From Octopus sinensis (lineage: Eukaryota), in the NCBI RefSeq assembly GCF_006345805.1, contig NC_042999.1:7192001-7256000 (forward strand): a stretch of DNA of 64,000 nt. Reading direction: 5' to 3'. Of this stretch, positions 39,507-52,592 are shown piece by piece (within the stretch, counting starts at the first letter, position 1; each line of letters starts with the position of its first letter). The notes under the pieces are model-generated. The model had not been told where the DNA came from, did no database searches, and saw nothing but the letters and a program-made list of their open reading frames with translations. A program made the position numbers and the translations under genes.

Positions 39507-40128
39507 AAAAAGAGAGATCTTTTCTGTTGCTCTCACAGATTTGGAAATTTGAAAATTAAATGAAAATTTTAAAATTTGGTATATTGATGTAATTTTGACG
39601 ATAAATTCGTGTTCGTGTTTCATTTATTTCAGGAAAAAAAACTTGGATAAATCTTAAAGTTTGATGGATTTTAATTTGAATTAAGAATGCAGAGACAATT
39701 GTATGCACATAACCAATCAGAAAACAGGATATGAAAGTTAAATATTTGGTGCGTTAAAAACTGTGTATCATATAATGAAAGCAAACATTAGGAGACGCGG
39801 TTTTAAACGAAATAAAAGCTATGCGTGAGAATTGATGCATATACAAAGAGAGTGAGCATCAAACAGTAAATATATATATTGAGCGATAGATCGATGGTGA
39901 TGGATGGAAAGTGGAAGATTTGTTGATCTAAGACTTAACTTATTTCTCGTGGAAAATTATATTTTTATTATTATTTACAGACGACATTGTCTTTTGCATG
40001 TATATTTCGAAAATCAAAACCGTTTTTTTTCGAGGATGCACCGTTTCACAGCCTTTTGGGGCTAGACATATATAAATAACAACAGACTCACGCACTTATG
40101 TAGTATATAGATTATATACATACATACA

Positions 40129-40210
<82 letters not shown>

Positions 40211-40308
40211 CTATATATATTATATATATATATACACATATATATATATATATGTGTGTGTGTGTATCAAATGAGAGAATAAAATGAAAAACAGGACACA
40301 AAGAATGT

Positions 40309-40403
40309 TGCGGTACATATGTTTCGAGCTTTATAAAACAACTTATTGTTACATCGTTGCATAATCGACATAACAGATAGTTCAAAAGCCCTCTTCAGCC
40401 GCA
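40309..40403 (-). ncRNA. Type I hammerhead ribozyme motif with canonical core and long stem II
   Basis: TGCGG-CTGAAGA-GGGCTTT..AAAGCTC-GAAA-CATATGTA/CCGCA; 5-bp stem I, 7-bp base of stem II, palindromic stem III ACATATGT, GUA triplet. Confidence 0.8.
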
Positions 40404-41355
40404 TGCAATTGCTACACCAAAGACTTGTATCACATTATAAAAGGTTTGAGAAAGAACATTTGGTATTGTTTATAATGGTAGGAAAACCGAGTATCACTGG
40501 GAAAGTATGTTTGTAAATCTTCATATGCGTACATGGTATTATTAGACTAAAAAACAAATCGTCTATACCGTTTTCTCACTTAATATAGAATGAATACTGG
40601 GTAGATTCCTTCATTTAAGGGAAGGAATTGGATGTTGAGCGAGAGAAAAAGGAGAAAGGAGGGGAAGAGGGGAAACGTTAATGAAGTTGAGATCACAAAA
40701 AAGTATATATAAATGTAAATATAATTATAAAGGATAATAAGATATAAAATATAACAAAAAGTAAAGATGTAAAAATATAAGTATATAAAGATATAAAGAA
40801 CGTCAGGTACTTGGTCATAAATTCTAGAAATGTATTGCGAAAGTGTAAAAGGTAAAAAACATAAAGAATAAAATATAAAAAAACAAAAATAAAGATAAAG
40901 TGAGATAAAGATAAAAAGATACAAAAATATACACAGCGGTCAGAGATGATGGGTTAAATTTCTGATGCTGTGGTGAGTGTCGTAAATTACTTTTAATTAT
41001 TAGTAGGCGAGCGGTCAGTTTATAGCAGTCCGACGTTATATACTCTAAGCCTATCTTATCTGTGCTTACGTGTGTGTCTACATATTTACCCACTCTCACA
41101 TATATAAACCTGTCTCCTGCGACTAGTGATATGTCCGGATGTAACATATACACACACACACCTACATGCACACATATTTATATATATATACACCCACATA
41201 CACAAAAACACACATACCCACTCATACGTGTATATATATATATATATATAAACACACATACATATGTACATACGCACACAATGATATACATTCCCACATA
41301 TACATAAATACATGTATATATACACACACAAATACATATATATATATGCACACAA

Positions 41356-41389
<34 letters not shown>

Positions 41390-41394
<5 letters not shown>

Positions 41395-42930
41395 AATACA
41401 TATATATATATATGTATATGGGGAGAATACACAAAAGAAAAACATAAGACGAATACCGGTGGTGTAGACAACAAACAGATGTATTAGTATAATGATCGGG
41501 AAGTGAAAAGTATTTAACGTTTCGAACCTACGCTCTTCCACAGAAAGGAGAGAGGAGATAAGGGGGTGAGGGGGCGAGAGGGTGAGGAGTAGGGAGAGGG
41601 GGGAAAAGGAGGAGGGGGAATGAGGGGAATGGTGGGTAGAGGAGGAGGGAAATGAGGGGAGTGGTGGGGAGAGGAGGAGGAGGGAGGGGAGAGAAGGGGA
41701 GTGAGGGAGCAGAGAGAAAGAGAGAAAGGGAAGAGGAGGGAAAGAGAGTAGGGGTGAAAAGATGAAGGACTGGAGAGAAGTAGGAGTTGGGGGGGAGGTT
41801 AGCTTAAAAGGGGGGAGAGTTGAGCCCAAATGGCGTAAAGGAGCGAAAAGAGAAGATTAATCCCTGTTCACGGCGCAAGCGGGAATCCAGATGGCCTCTG
41901 TGCAAGGACAATCCGAACACAGACAGGTGTTGCTAGGAGTGACCGGTGGAGCGGAAATTGCGTGAGACTGGTGTGTCATTGGCGAGGCGGATGTCTCGGA
42001 GGTGTTCCGCGAACCGGTCAGCCAAGCGGCGTCCCGTTTGTCCGATGTACAGGGAATGGTAGAGAGAGCAGGAGATCCAATAGATGATATTGCTGGAGGT
42101 GCAGGTGAAGGAGTCGATGATGCAATAGGGTCGATGATGGGTGCCGGCGAGGAGGGTGGTGTTGGAGAGGTAAGGGCAAGTGCGGCAACGTGGGCGGGAG
42201 CAGGGGAATGAGCCAGGTTGGGAAGTAGGGTCAGGGAAGAAGCTGTGGACCAAGAGGTCTCGTAGGTTATGGGCTCGTTTGAAGGAGGGGAGGGGTCGGT
42301 TAGGGAAGAGGTGTGAAGTGGACGGGTCGGACTGGAGATGCCGGAAAGCTCGAAGAATGGTGCGTTGGAGAGGTAGGGTGGTGGGGTGGTAAGTGACAGG
42401 AAAAGGGAGGCGGGAGACTGCAGGGTGGGTTCGGGGGAGAGAGCAGATGCACGGTCTACGGAACGTGCTCTGGCCAGGGTGGTGTGGATAGTGGTGAGGG
42501 GGTATCCACGTAGGATGAAATGGCGAGCCATGAGTTGAGACTGAGTCTCAAAGTGATGGTCGTCACTACAGAGCCTACGTAGACGGAGGAATTGGGAATA
42601 GGGGATGGAAAGCTTGGAGTGTTAGGGGTGGGAGGAAGAGAAGTTTAGGTATGAGTGTGAGTCTGTGTGCTTGTAGTGAATGGAGGTGGTAAGAGTGGAG
42701 TGATGAATGCTGACCGAAATGTCAAGAAAGGAGACAGGGGTGCAGAGATAGTGCAGGAGAAGTGGAGGGCAGGATGGAAGGATTTGACGAAAGAGAGGAA
42801 GGAGTATAGATGTTCACGGGAGAGTGAGGTGTCATATATACGAGGAGTGTAGGAAAAGTCTTGAGCCAGAGAAAAACAAAATATGGTACAAAACTTCAAG
42901 GCTCATAAGTTTTCATACACCCCCTCGTAT
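41390..42930 (-). mobile_element. 5'-truncated Penelope-like element (RT C-terminus, GIY-YIG endonuclease, pLTR)
   Basis: RIYDTSLSREHLYSFLSFVKSFHPALHFSCTIS (RT end); GSFPCSRPRCRTCP..FTCTSSNIIYWISC..YIGQTGRRLADRFAEH (GIY-YIG with PLE Cys motif); frameshifted; terminal repeat at 41390-41560. Confidence 0.92.
41513..41546 (-). ncRNA. Minimal hammerhead-like motif, A6U variant, in the PLE pLTR
   Basis: TTT-CTGTGGA-A-GAGC(GTAG)GTTC-GAAA-C-GTT/AAA; stem II keeps pairing through a G-U. Confidence 0.6.
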
Positions 42931-42931
42931 G

Positions 42932-42990
<59 letters not shown>

Positions 42991-43058
42991 CTCATTATCT
43001 CTTTGTTTACAATATAGGCAATCATCGAAATTTAGTTTGTCTTGTGGTCGAGAGAGGC

Positions 43059-43154
43059 TCCTTTTCTTTCCTGATGAGAAGATTGCATAATGCACCCTTT
43101 ATTCCTTCGGAATGAAAATATGCTGTCTTCGAAACATGTGTCGAGAGTAAAGGA
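43059..43154 (+). ncRNA. Type I hammerhead ribozyme motif with canonical core, GUC triplet and long stem II
   Basis: TCCTTT-T-CTTTC-CTGATGA-GAAGA..TCTTC-GAAA-CATGTGTC/GAGAG-T-AAAGGA; predicted cleavage after C43142. Confidence 0.8.
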
Positions 43155-43351
43155 ATTTTGTTAACATCTTCGTTCGGCTCCATTCTTTCATTTATTCATA
43201 TACAACACACACATTTCTACACATGAACCCGGAGTTTCTACCCTTGACAGGTCGCTTCAACCGTGTTTTCTGACGTGAATTTGCTACCCAGGTTTCGGTT
43301 AAACGAATTTTCCATGCTGACAATAAACATAGGATAATTCATTCAACTACT

Positions 43352-43409
<58 letters not shown>

Positions 43410-43443
43410 CATACATACATACATACATACATACATACATACA

Positions 43444-43475
<32 letters not shown>

Positions 43476-44253
43476 AATGCATGCATGTATTATGTATACA
43501 TGCAGTAGAAGTCACTCTCCGTTAATCACTAGGAAACTATACAAAAACTAACGTTGTATACTCCACGGCTTGATATAACAACAACTGCCTATTGAAATAT
43601 ACCGAATCTAAAACATCTCCGGTATTTAAAAATACATACATTCTGGTTATAATACAGAGAAACTCCTGAAACACGTAACGTTTGCAGCGCGATATAGCGG
43701 TTCTTTATTGCTTTTAAAGTGAATCTTTATAATGCATTTAAGTGTAATTTGACAACATTAAGCTAAGCTTCACTCCGGAACTGGATTCTTTTGGGAAAAG
43801 TGCATTATCAACTTTCTTGTACATATTGCCATTAAACAGCGTAGAACAATTTAGGCAAATTGAGGCTACGGGAGAGGAAGATTTATTTTCAAACATTGAG
43901 TAATTTCTATATAAAATTTTTGCATAATATTCTGAGTAATTTCTATGCAGATAAATGAGAAGCATATGCTAGAGGCTTTCGGAATTTCAGATACGATGTA
44001 GTTACACTAATTATATTCCAGGAGGAAATTCCATCATTTTTCGAGAGTCTAAGCTGTTGGTTTTTGTGTGACATTGCGATAAACTTTTACGTAGACAGAA
44101 AAGAAACCACGTGGTCATAAGCGCTGCATTCGAAACCTAATTAAACTTTCAATTTACTTGGATTTAATAGATGATATACCAAAACAAATATGCTGATTAG
44201 CCTTGAGCTGTACGTATGGCGGTACATCGCACAAGCGATATATATATATATAT

Positions 44254-44284
<31 letters not shown>

Positions 44285-44295
44285 ATGTTTATGTA

Positions 44296-44342
<47 letters not shown>

Positions 44343-44720
44343 ATGTTTATGTATGTCTATATATATATATATATATATATATACAGTGTTTTATTTATGA
44401 TTATGCCTGTAGTACAATATTGCGTAAATGTAGCTATGACGTTATACTGTAGTAATATATTTAGAAACCAATAACACACACACACACATACACACACACA
44501 CACATACACACACACACACACGTAGTATGCGAGCCAAACAATTTTAGTTTTAACGACATATATCTTTTAAATTGGGAGAAAGATGCTAAATTTCACTGGA
44601 TGGGCATTTTAGTACGATGCTGATATTTAAATCAGTTGACTGTGAAATTAAAGGCAAGGTGGCGTGCACAGGTGCCGTTACATATATACATGCATACATA
44701 CATATATACGTGTACGCCAT

Positions 44721-44918
44721 GATAGATCGTTAGCTCCTGAACGCATTGTTTCTCTCCTTGTTTCTCTCCTTGTTTGTTTTCTGTGTATATTTCTGTCGAA
44801 GAGCGTAGGCTCGAAACGTAAAAGACCTTTTTCTATTCCTGAGCGCCATACTAATGCATTTGTTTGTTTTGTACACTACCTGTCTTCGTCTTTTGTTTAT
44901 TTTCGTAAACTTTCCCGT
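44721..44918 (+). mobile_element. Solo Penelope pLTR mini-element with A6U hammerhead variant (44790-44823)
   Basis: Matches 19435-19610 including the 5' boundary ATCGTTAGC; TTT-CTGTCGA-A-GAGC(GTAG)GCTC-GAAA-C-GTA/AAA. Confidence 0.8.
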
Positions 44919-45165
44919 TATATACATGTATACATACATACCTACATGCATGCATGCATACATACATACATACAAGCATGCATACATGCATACATACATG
45001 CATACATACCTGCATACATACATGCATACATACCTGCATACGAACATACATACATACATACATACATACATACACACATACACACATACATACATACATA
45101 CATACACACATACATGCATACATACATACATACATACATACATACATACATACATACATACATGC

Positions 45166-45575
45166 GGGTGCATAGAAAGAACCTAGTTTCAATATGGTTA
45201 TACTACAAGAACGCCTTTGACTCTGTTCCCCACTCATGGATTCTCGAAGCCCTTCCACTTGCTAAAGTTCCAGTGGGCATAGTGAAAGCCATAGCTTTCT
45301 GACTTCATCGTGGGTCACCATTCTTGAAATTACACTTAAGGAACGAATCTATTATCACTGATAAGAATACAGCGTCGCAGAGGCATATTCCAAAGGGACA
45401 GCCTCTCTATCATCTTATTTTTTTATACTTTCTGTAATCCCCTTGTCATTAATGTTAAGGAAGTCTGAAGGAGATCTCACTGATGCAAAAGGAAACGGTA
45501 ATTGAAACACTGGAAACCGTTTCTTTGGGGATGACTTGAAACTATATGCAAAGAATATGCATGAGATAAAAAAGC
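45166..45575 (+). pseudogene. Decayed R4/Dong-type RT fragment
   Basis: HRKNLVSIWLYYKNAFDSVPHSWILEAL (ORF 44664..45302 C-terminus), then RRGIFQRDSLS and DDLKLYAKN in shifted frames. Confidence 0.75.
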
Positions 45576-45584
45576 CTGGCACCA

Positions 45585-45722
45585 GTGACGTCACAGCTCA
45601 TTTCTGCAACTGAATAAACTGGAGCAATGTGAAATAAAGTGTCTTGCTTAAGAACACAACACGCAGCCCGGTCCGGAAATCGAATTCACAACCTCACGAT
45701 CGTAAGCTCGACGCTCTAACCA
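45585..45722 (-). mobile_element. CORE-type SINE 5' fragment (head D)
   Basis: GTGGTTAGAGC..TTCGATTTCC..GTGTTCTTAAGCAAGACACTTTATTTCACATTGCTCCAG; same family as 51560-51897. Confidence 0.75.
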
Positions 45723-45818
45723 CATATCAAAATAATGATACAAAATTGTCTTTACGTAGCAGATGACTTCATACAATAGCTTTACTGTAAAAATATTAAT
45801 GTTGTCACAAGATGAGTT

Positions 45819-45902
<84 letters not shown>

Positions 45903-46025
45903 CTTTTCTTTCTTTCTTTCTATATTACACACACGCAAGCACGCGTGCACACACACACGCACACACGCACACACACATATATATATGATAAAAATAAGCA
46001 ACAAGGATATCCAGAGGTAATGCAG

Positions 46026-46081
<56 letters not shown>

Positions 46082-46544
46082 GTGTGTATGTATACAGTAT
46101 GTATGTATGTATGTATGTATGTATGTATGTATGTATGTATGTATGTATATATGTATGTATGTACGTATTTATGAATGTGTGTGTGTTTCTCGTCTTTTGA
46201 TCTACTAAAGCCTGTTAATTATACTATAATTAGTAGATTATCAGCTTTAATAATTAAATGGAAGCATTGAATGTAACGCTAATGTTTTAACGCTGAGAAC
46301 TCCCAAAGCTGATCCCAATTAATAAGGTTATTTCATATTAAGAGCAATAAAGAATCACGAAATAAAAAACCATTCCACAGCTATCTCTTGCTGAGACTGA
46401 TATTTGGAGTAAGTCGCAGAACAACAGTTGCAAAGAGATCGCGAAAGCAGTGCTAGAAGAAGCAAGGGAGAAAGGGAAGAAAATCTTTGTCGTATTCGCT
46501 TGAAATTTTAGCAGAAGGAGACAAATTTCAAGGAAGAAAATAAA

Positions 46545-46710
46545 TCGTTTAGATCGACCTCAGTGTTCAACTGGTACTTATTTTATCGAACTCGAGAGAT
46601 GAATATCAAAGTCAATTTCGACAAAAATTGAACTCAGAACGTAGGGATGAACGGAATGCTGCTAAGGATTTCGCCCGGGGTCCTAAAGGTTTTTCAAGGT
46701 CGTCGCCCTA
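46545..46710 (-). mobile_element. SINE family B, diverged
   Basis: Reverse complement of head and body. Confidence 0.6.
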
Positions 46711-48890
46711 AGGAATGTATATCAAATTGGCAAAATATCTGGCAAGAGTGAATAATGTGTGCGTGGTTGTCTTGTGTAGAACTGACATGTACTTACATTA
46801 AAGATAACAGAAATATATAGGAAGGTGTACGTATGTTTGTATATATTCATCCATGCATCTATGGATCTATGTGTATATCAGGCACGTGACTTCAGTAATT
46901 ACTCATGGTAGGCAGCTGGTCACGTTTATCTAGTCAAACACAAAAAGCGAAAACGAAAGTAAATGAATAAATAAGCGAAACACAGGCGCGCGACTGAGTT
47001 GGGGGCAGAATTACTTCTGCCTTTATAGCGCGTAAAGAAAACGTTGTTGTAGGAGTGTACGCAGCATGTGTACTACAGCAGTCCTATGCGTAGCTTTAAT
47101 ACTGAGATTGAAAGGCAGGAGTGAATTATGCCTGCCTAATCTACAAAACAATAAAGAATTTTGTATTTTATGCATAGTTGTTAGTGTAACCGTAATAATT
47201 TTATTGAATTAGGTACATATATTGTCATAAAAGGTAAATATTACTATCGATCTATTTCATTCAGGCTAGGCACTGCCTACCTTGCCTATCCAGGCGGCAC
47301 CTCCCTAGTGTATATGTATGTGTGAATGAATATATGCATCTATGTTTTCTTACTCATAGAATTGCCATCCTCCTATGCTCTGTCATTAAAATTTCTCCAA
47401 ACGAGAATCAAATTTATCCGGTTTTCGTCTCATCACCAACTGCAGATGTGTCCACAAAAGTTGTGGGATTAAGATCTTCGTACTGACCAATAAATGTTCC
47501 AGACAAATCAATCTCCAATGACATTGCTGTTTGGTAGTAATTGGTTCCTCTTATGTTTTACTAGCCAAGGTAAAAGTGGATGAAAACCCGGGAATTACTT
47601 TAACGTTTCTCAGTTTTAATTAAAGCGACTGGCTTGGAAGCCATCTTACCTTCAATAGGTACTTTACCTTCAGCCAAGTCAGCAGGCAAACTAATCTTAT
47701 TTGCCGGCATCAAATAAATTAATGTGATGCAAAGGATCTTTAACAAAGTCACCTTCGACACCAACATCAATGGCCTCTTCCCCAGCGGAGGCACCAGAAT
47801 TTAAAGGTAGTGTAACCTCCAACGGCAGAGATCGAGTTGCCCCAGGATTCCCTAAGACCTTAATGCTTACCATGTGATGAGAACTCGCTTAGACATATAA
47901 AATGATGAAGTTCTTCCCCAAATAAACTAGACTTGTCAGTGCCAGGGAGTTAACATAATCAAGTTATCTAGAGGAAGTTAGCTTAAATGTTACAAATCCA
48001 TTTCGCTTCACTTCACTTTCTCTTCTCTATTTTCGAGATCAGAAGTCAGATCTAACGTGTCTGAATTTGTTGCAATAATGACAACTGTCGAAAAAATTTT
48101 AGAAGACATTTTGTCTTCCTGTGGCTGGTCGTTAGAAGATCTCTTTTAAATTTGGTTATGAAAATACGAACATTTATCATAAGTTAGAAGCTGTTCACCA
48201 TAGATGTGTTCGTGTAATTCTATATTTAAGTTAATATCGGTTGGACACGTGATTTCTGTAACTGCATACATTCATTCTCCTAGTGTCATATTATTATGAC
48301 TGATGGTTTGAGCTTGCATTCTTTAAAACCTCAAGAATATTCCTTCTCTATTCTTTCATAAACGAGTCTCATTAGATTTCTCTAACTTATATTCCTGTTC
48401 TATTCCATAATTTCATGACCACGAAACCATGCCTGCCCTAGGGATAATATCAGTATTTTAGTGACACACTAGGAATCGTGATTACTGTTGCTGCGAGTAA
48501 AGACACTGGCAGCTTCCCCGCTCCAAGTTGATAAATACCTGCTACAGTTCGATAGTGGTCACTTATCTCACCTGATGTCATAACTGCCGCAGGCATTTGA
48601 CGTGTGTTCAATTTACCGCAAACTGTTACCAGCGATTGTCATTTTTCCTACTTGCCGGAATCAAATTACAATCAACATCATTCCTCCTGCAACCAAGAAA
48701 TGTTGGCTGCTGGTAGAGGGCGCTCATTGGTAATTAACTCGCTTCAAGGTTAAGACGATCTCAGTACATTTTGATTCTGTTTATATTGCAGAACAACGAT
48801 CATTTATAGCAATTCTGCAATTCAGTATGGAGGCCATCCCTTCAGAATAATATAATTTATAACATGTATTCTTTCTATAATTAAGATTTT

Positions 48891-49279
48891 ACTCTTTTAC
48901 TCTTTTACTTGTTTCAGTCATTTGACTGCGGCCATGCTGGAGCACCGCATTTAGTCGAGCAAATCGACCCCGGGACTTATTCTTTGTAAGCCTAGTACTT
49001 ATTTTATCGGTCTCTTTTGCCGAACCGCTAAGTGACGAGGACGTAAACACACCAGCATCGGTTGTCAAGACACACAAACACACACACATACATATATATA
49101 TATACATACATATATACGACAGGCTTCTTTCAGTTTCCGTCTACCAAATCCACTCAGAAGGCAATGGTCGGCCCGAGGCTATAGTAGAAGACACTTGCCC
49201 AAGATGCCACGCAGTGGGACTGAAACCGGAATTATGTGGTTGGCAAGCAAGCTACTTACCACACAGCCACTCCTGCGCC
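48891..49279 (-). mobile_element. SINE family A flanked by a 32-bp duplication
   Basis: ATAACATGTATTCTTTCTA(T/G)AATTAAGA(T/C)TTT at 48859-48890 and 49286-49317. Confidence 0.9.
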
Positions 49280-49609
49280 TATGTAATAACATGTATTCTT
49301 TCTAGAATTAAGACTTTGTTTACAGTTGATTTTGTTTACAATGTCTTTCTAAAATTTATTGTTCATGCTGATAGTAATGTCATTGTATTCAGCCAGCCAT
49401 GTTCATACAGTTGTTTTTTTGCATTCTAAATTCCAGTTTCATGCATTTCGACATGATCTTTAAGAAAAGCTTTATTCAATGTGAGTGATCAAAGGAAGAA
49501 ATAATTTTATTAACAAGGCTGACAGTTGCGACATTAGTTGTGGAGATGGCATTAATAGCAAAGCAGGAGTGGAAATGCGCAGCCGGACCTATGCAGGCAT
49601 TCTCTTTAC

Positions 49610-49614
<5 letters not shown>

Positions 49615-49705
<91 letters not shown>

Positions 49706-49715
49706 GTCTGTGTGA

Positions 49716-49781
<66 letters not shown>

Positions 49782-49783
49782 GC

Positions 49784-49839
<56 letters not shown>

Positions 49840-49960
49840 TTATCTATCTATCTGTCTGTGTGTCTGTGTGTCTGTGCCTGCCTGTCTGTTTGCCTACCAG
49901 CCTATCTGTATGTCCGTCTGTCCGTCTGTCCATCCGTCCGTCTCTCTACCTGTCTGCCTG
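49615..49960. repeat. (TC)n/(TCTG)n/(TCTA)n compound microsatellite
   Basis: Direct inspection. Confidence 0.95.
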
Positions 49961-50452
49961 TCTGCCCGTTATGCACTTGTCAAGTTCACTCTCAACAGAT
50001 GTCTATGCCTACGCATTTACGTGATCTTTGCAGAGCTGTAACAAAACACTCTCCAGCTAATACTATTACATAAAAGTTGTTTTGCACTCGACCCTATAAA
50101 TTCAATTACAATGCAAAGGAAATTCTTTGCGCCATAGAAAATAATTTAACACGTGCGTCTTTGTATGTGTGTAAGAGAGTAAGTTGCTCATTTCTGTTCT
50201 TTGACTATACTGGATCTATAGTTATTTCCAAATTAGACCGAAGGATAAATTTGTCAAATGGCATTAGAAGCATTTATAAGAAAACAGGCAACTAACTCGC
50301 ACATTACAATTACAGTCTGTAAGAGGAAGAGTAAAAGTATGCAATACTGTTCTCAAGTTTAAAATGTGACATTTGCTTTGCTATGGACATTTGTATATCT
50401 GTTAGAAACGAGTTTCTTCGGAGGAGGAAGAATTCAAATAATTAAAAATAGA

Positions 50453-50880
50453 AGGCAGGAGTGGCGCAGGAGTGGCGCAGGAGTGGCTGTGTGGTAAGTA
50501 GCTTGCTAACCAACCACATGGTTCCGGGTTCAGTCCCACTGCGTGGCACCTTGGGCAAGTGTTTTCTACTATAGCCTCGGGCCGACCAATGCCTTGTGAG
50601 TGGATTTGGTAGACGGAAACTGAAAAGAAGCCCGTCGTATATATGTATATATATATGTATGTATGTGTGTGTGTGTTTGTGTGTCTGTGTTTGTCCCCTA
50701 GCATTGCTTGACAACTGATGCTGGTGTGTTTATGTCCCCGTTACTTAGCGGTTCGGCAAAAGAGACCGATAGAATAAGTACTGAGCTTACAAAAGAATAA
50801 GTCCCGGAGTCGAATTGCTCGATTAAAGGCGGTGCTCCAGCATGGCCGCAGTCAAATGACTGAAACGGGTAAAAGAGTAA
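50453..50880 (+). mobile_element. SINE family A with reiterated 11-bp 5' end
   Basis: GGC(GC)AGGAGT repeated three times before the normal head. Confidence 0.9.
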
Positions 50881-51559
50881 AATATAGTAAGAGAAGAGAA
50901 GTGCAACCCCCCCCCACACTAACACACACACTCTCACACTCACATACTCACATACTCACACCCATGCATATAAGAGTGTATGTGCATGTACATATGTGCA
51001 TATTTGTGCATGTGCATATGTATTTATGCATGCAAAATTTTCATATTTTGCTTCTACATTTGAGGTTTGAATAATTCCAGGGTTTTCCATTCGGTTTTTT
51101 TCTATTTTAATTGAGAAAAATGCAATTCCTTTTTGCTGGTTTTCTTTTATTGTTGTATTAAGAAGCATGCTGCTGGATAAAAACTATCTTTAAATTAGCC
51201 TTCTGTTATGCCCAAGTAACATGTACGTGTCACTTTAGTGTCTTGCTTCTCAAATTACTTATTTCTCTCTGCGTGTGAATGTGTGTGTGTGTATGTGTGT
51301 GTGTGTGTGTTTGTATGATATTCCACAATCAATTGGAAGCACACAAGTAACATTTCAAAGCACATAATGGAAGAGGAACATCTCATATCATTCAAATGGT
51401 TCCTGGACGAATATCTCCAACACATTCCATAGAAACCACCCATACCCGGATATAACTCTGCAAACAATAACTCTTTACTCGAATGTGCTCTGGTGGCTAA
51501 AGTATGAACCTAATATGAAAACATCATTGAATGTCTTTTCCCGTTGCTGGTTTTAAGTC

Positions 51560-51897
51560 AGTCATCGCCAGGGACATCCCTATAAAGAGGATAAAGACCG
51601 CCTTCGGTCATGAATATTCCCCCTTCCCAAGCATAAAATCCGGGTAATATTATTTATGGAAGACCAGGAGTCGCCCATGCATACCAGCCTTCCCTCTCCA
51701 TACCACCGATGTTGTGCAAGAGAAAGACAAAGGCCGACACAGTTTGACACCGGTGACGTCATTTGTACAGCTGAGTGAATGAGAACAACGTAAAATAAAA
51801 TGTTTTGCTCAAGAACACAACACACAGCCTGGTCAGGGAATCGAACTCACTACCCCATGATTGCGATCTCGAGGTTCTAACCGTTGCGCCATTCGCC
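51560..51897 (-). mobile_element. CORE-type SINE (head D, tail 4)
   Basis: tRNA head, CORE-like GTGTTCTTGAGCAAAACATTTTATTTTACGTTG..CACTCAGCTG, and a distinct 3' tail. Confidence 0.7.
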
Positions 51898-51973
51898 TTA
51901 TTGATGTATGCGTATATATTGTCTATCTATCTGTCTGTCTCTCTATCTATCCATCAATCTGTCTATCTGTTCG

Positions 51974-52038
<65 letters not shown>

Positions 52039-52080
52039 ATCTATCTATCTATCTCTCTATCTATCTATCTATCTATCTAC

Positions 52081-52546
52081 CAGAAATTGAAAACAGAGGG
52101 TTACCCACTTGCAAACAAATGTGGTAACATAAAACAATATTGACCAAGGTTACCGTGGTCTTTTTCGTAGGCTTTTCTTCCCACGGATAAACCTTACTTG
52201 CTTTCCCCTTTACACCATATATCATAACACTGTGATACACGATCCCTATTGATCGTTTTTTTTCCTCTTCCCCTTTTCTTCTTTTTTCATTTATCTTTTC
52301 TTTTGTTCCTTTTCCTTTTCTTCTTTTTTTATTTTTATTTTTTATTTTTTATTATATTTTTTTGTTCTTTTCTTCCCTTTTACTATCCCTCTTGATCGAA
52401 AACCTACCCCACCCCTTTTTTTTGTTTCTTTTGTTTTTTGTTTTTTTCATCCCCCAAAAGAAAAGCTCTACCTTGTAACTTGTCCCATCTGTGTGCAGCC
52501 CTGTGTGGCCAATAAAGAAACTTATCTATCTATCTATCTATCTATA

Positions 52547-52592
<46 letters not shown>

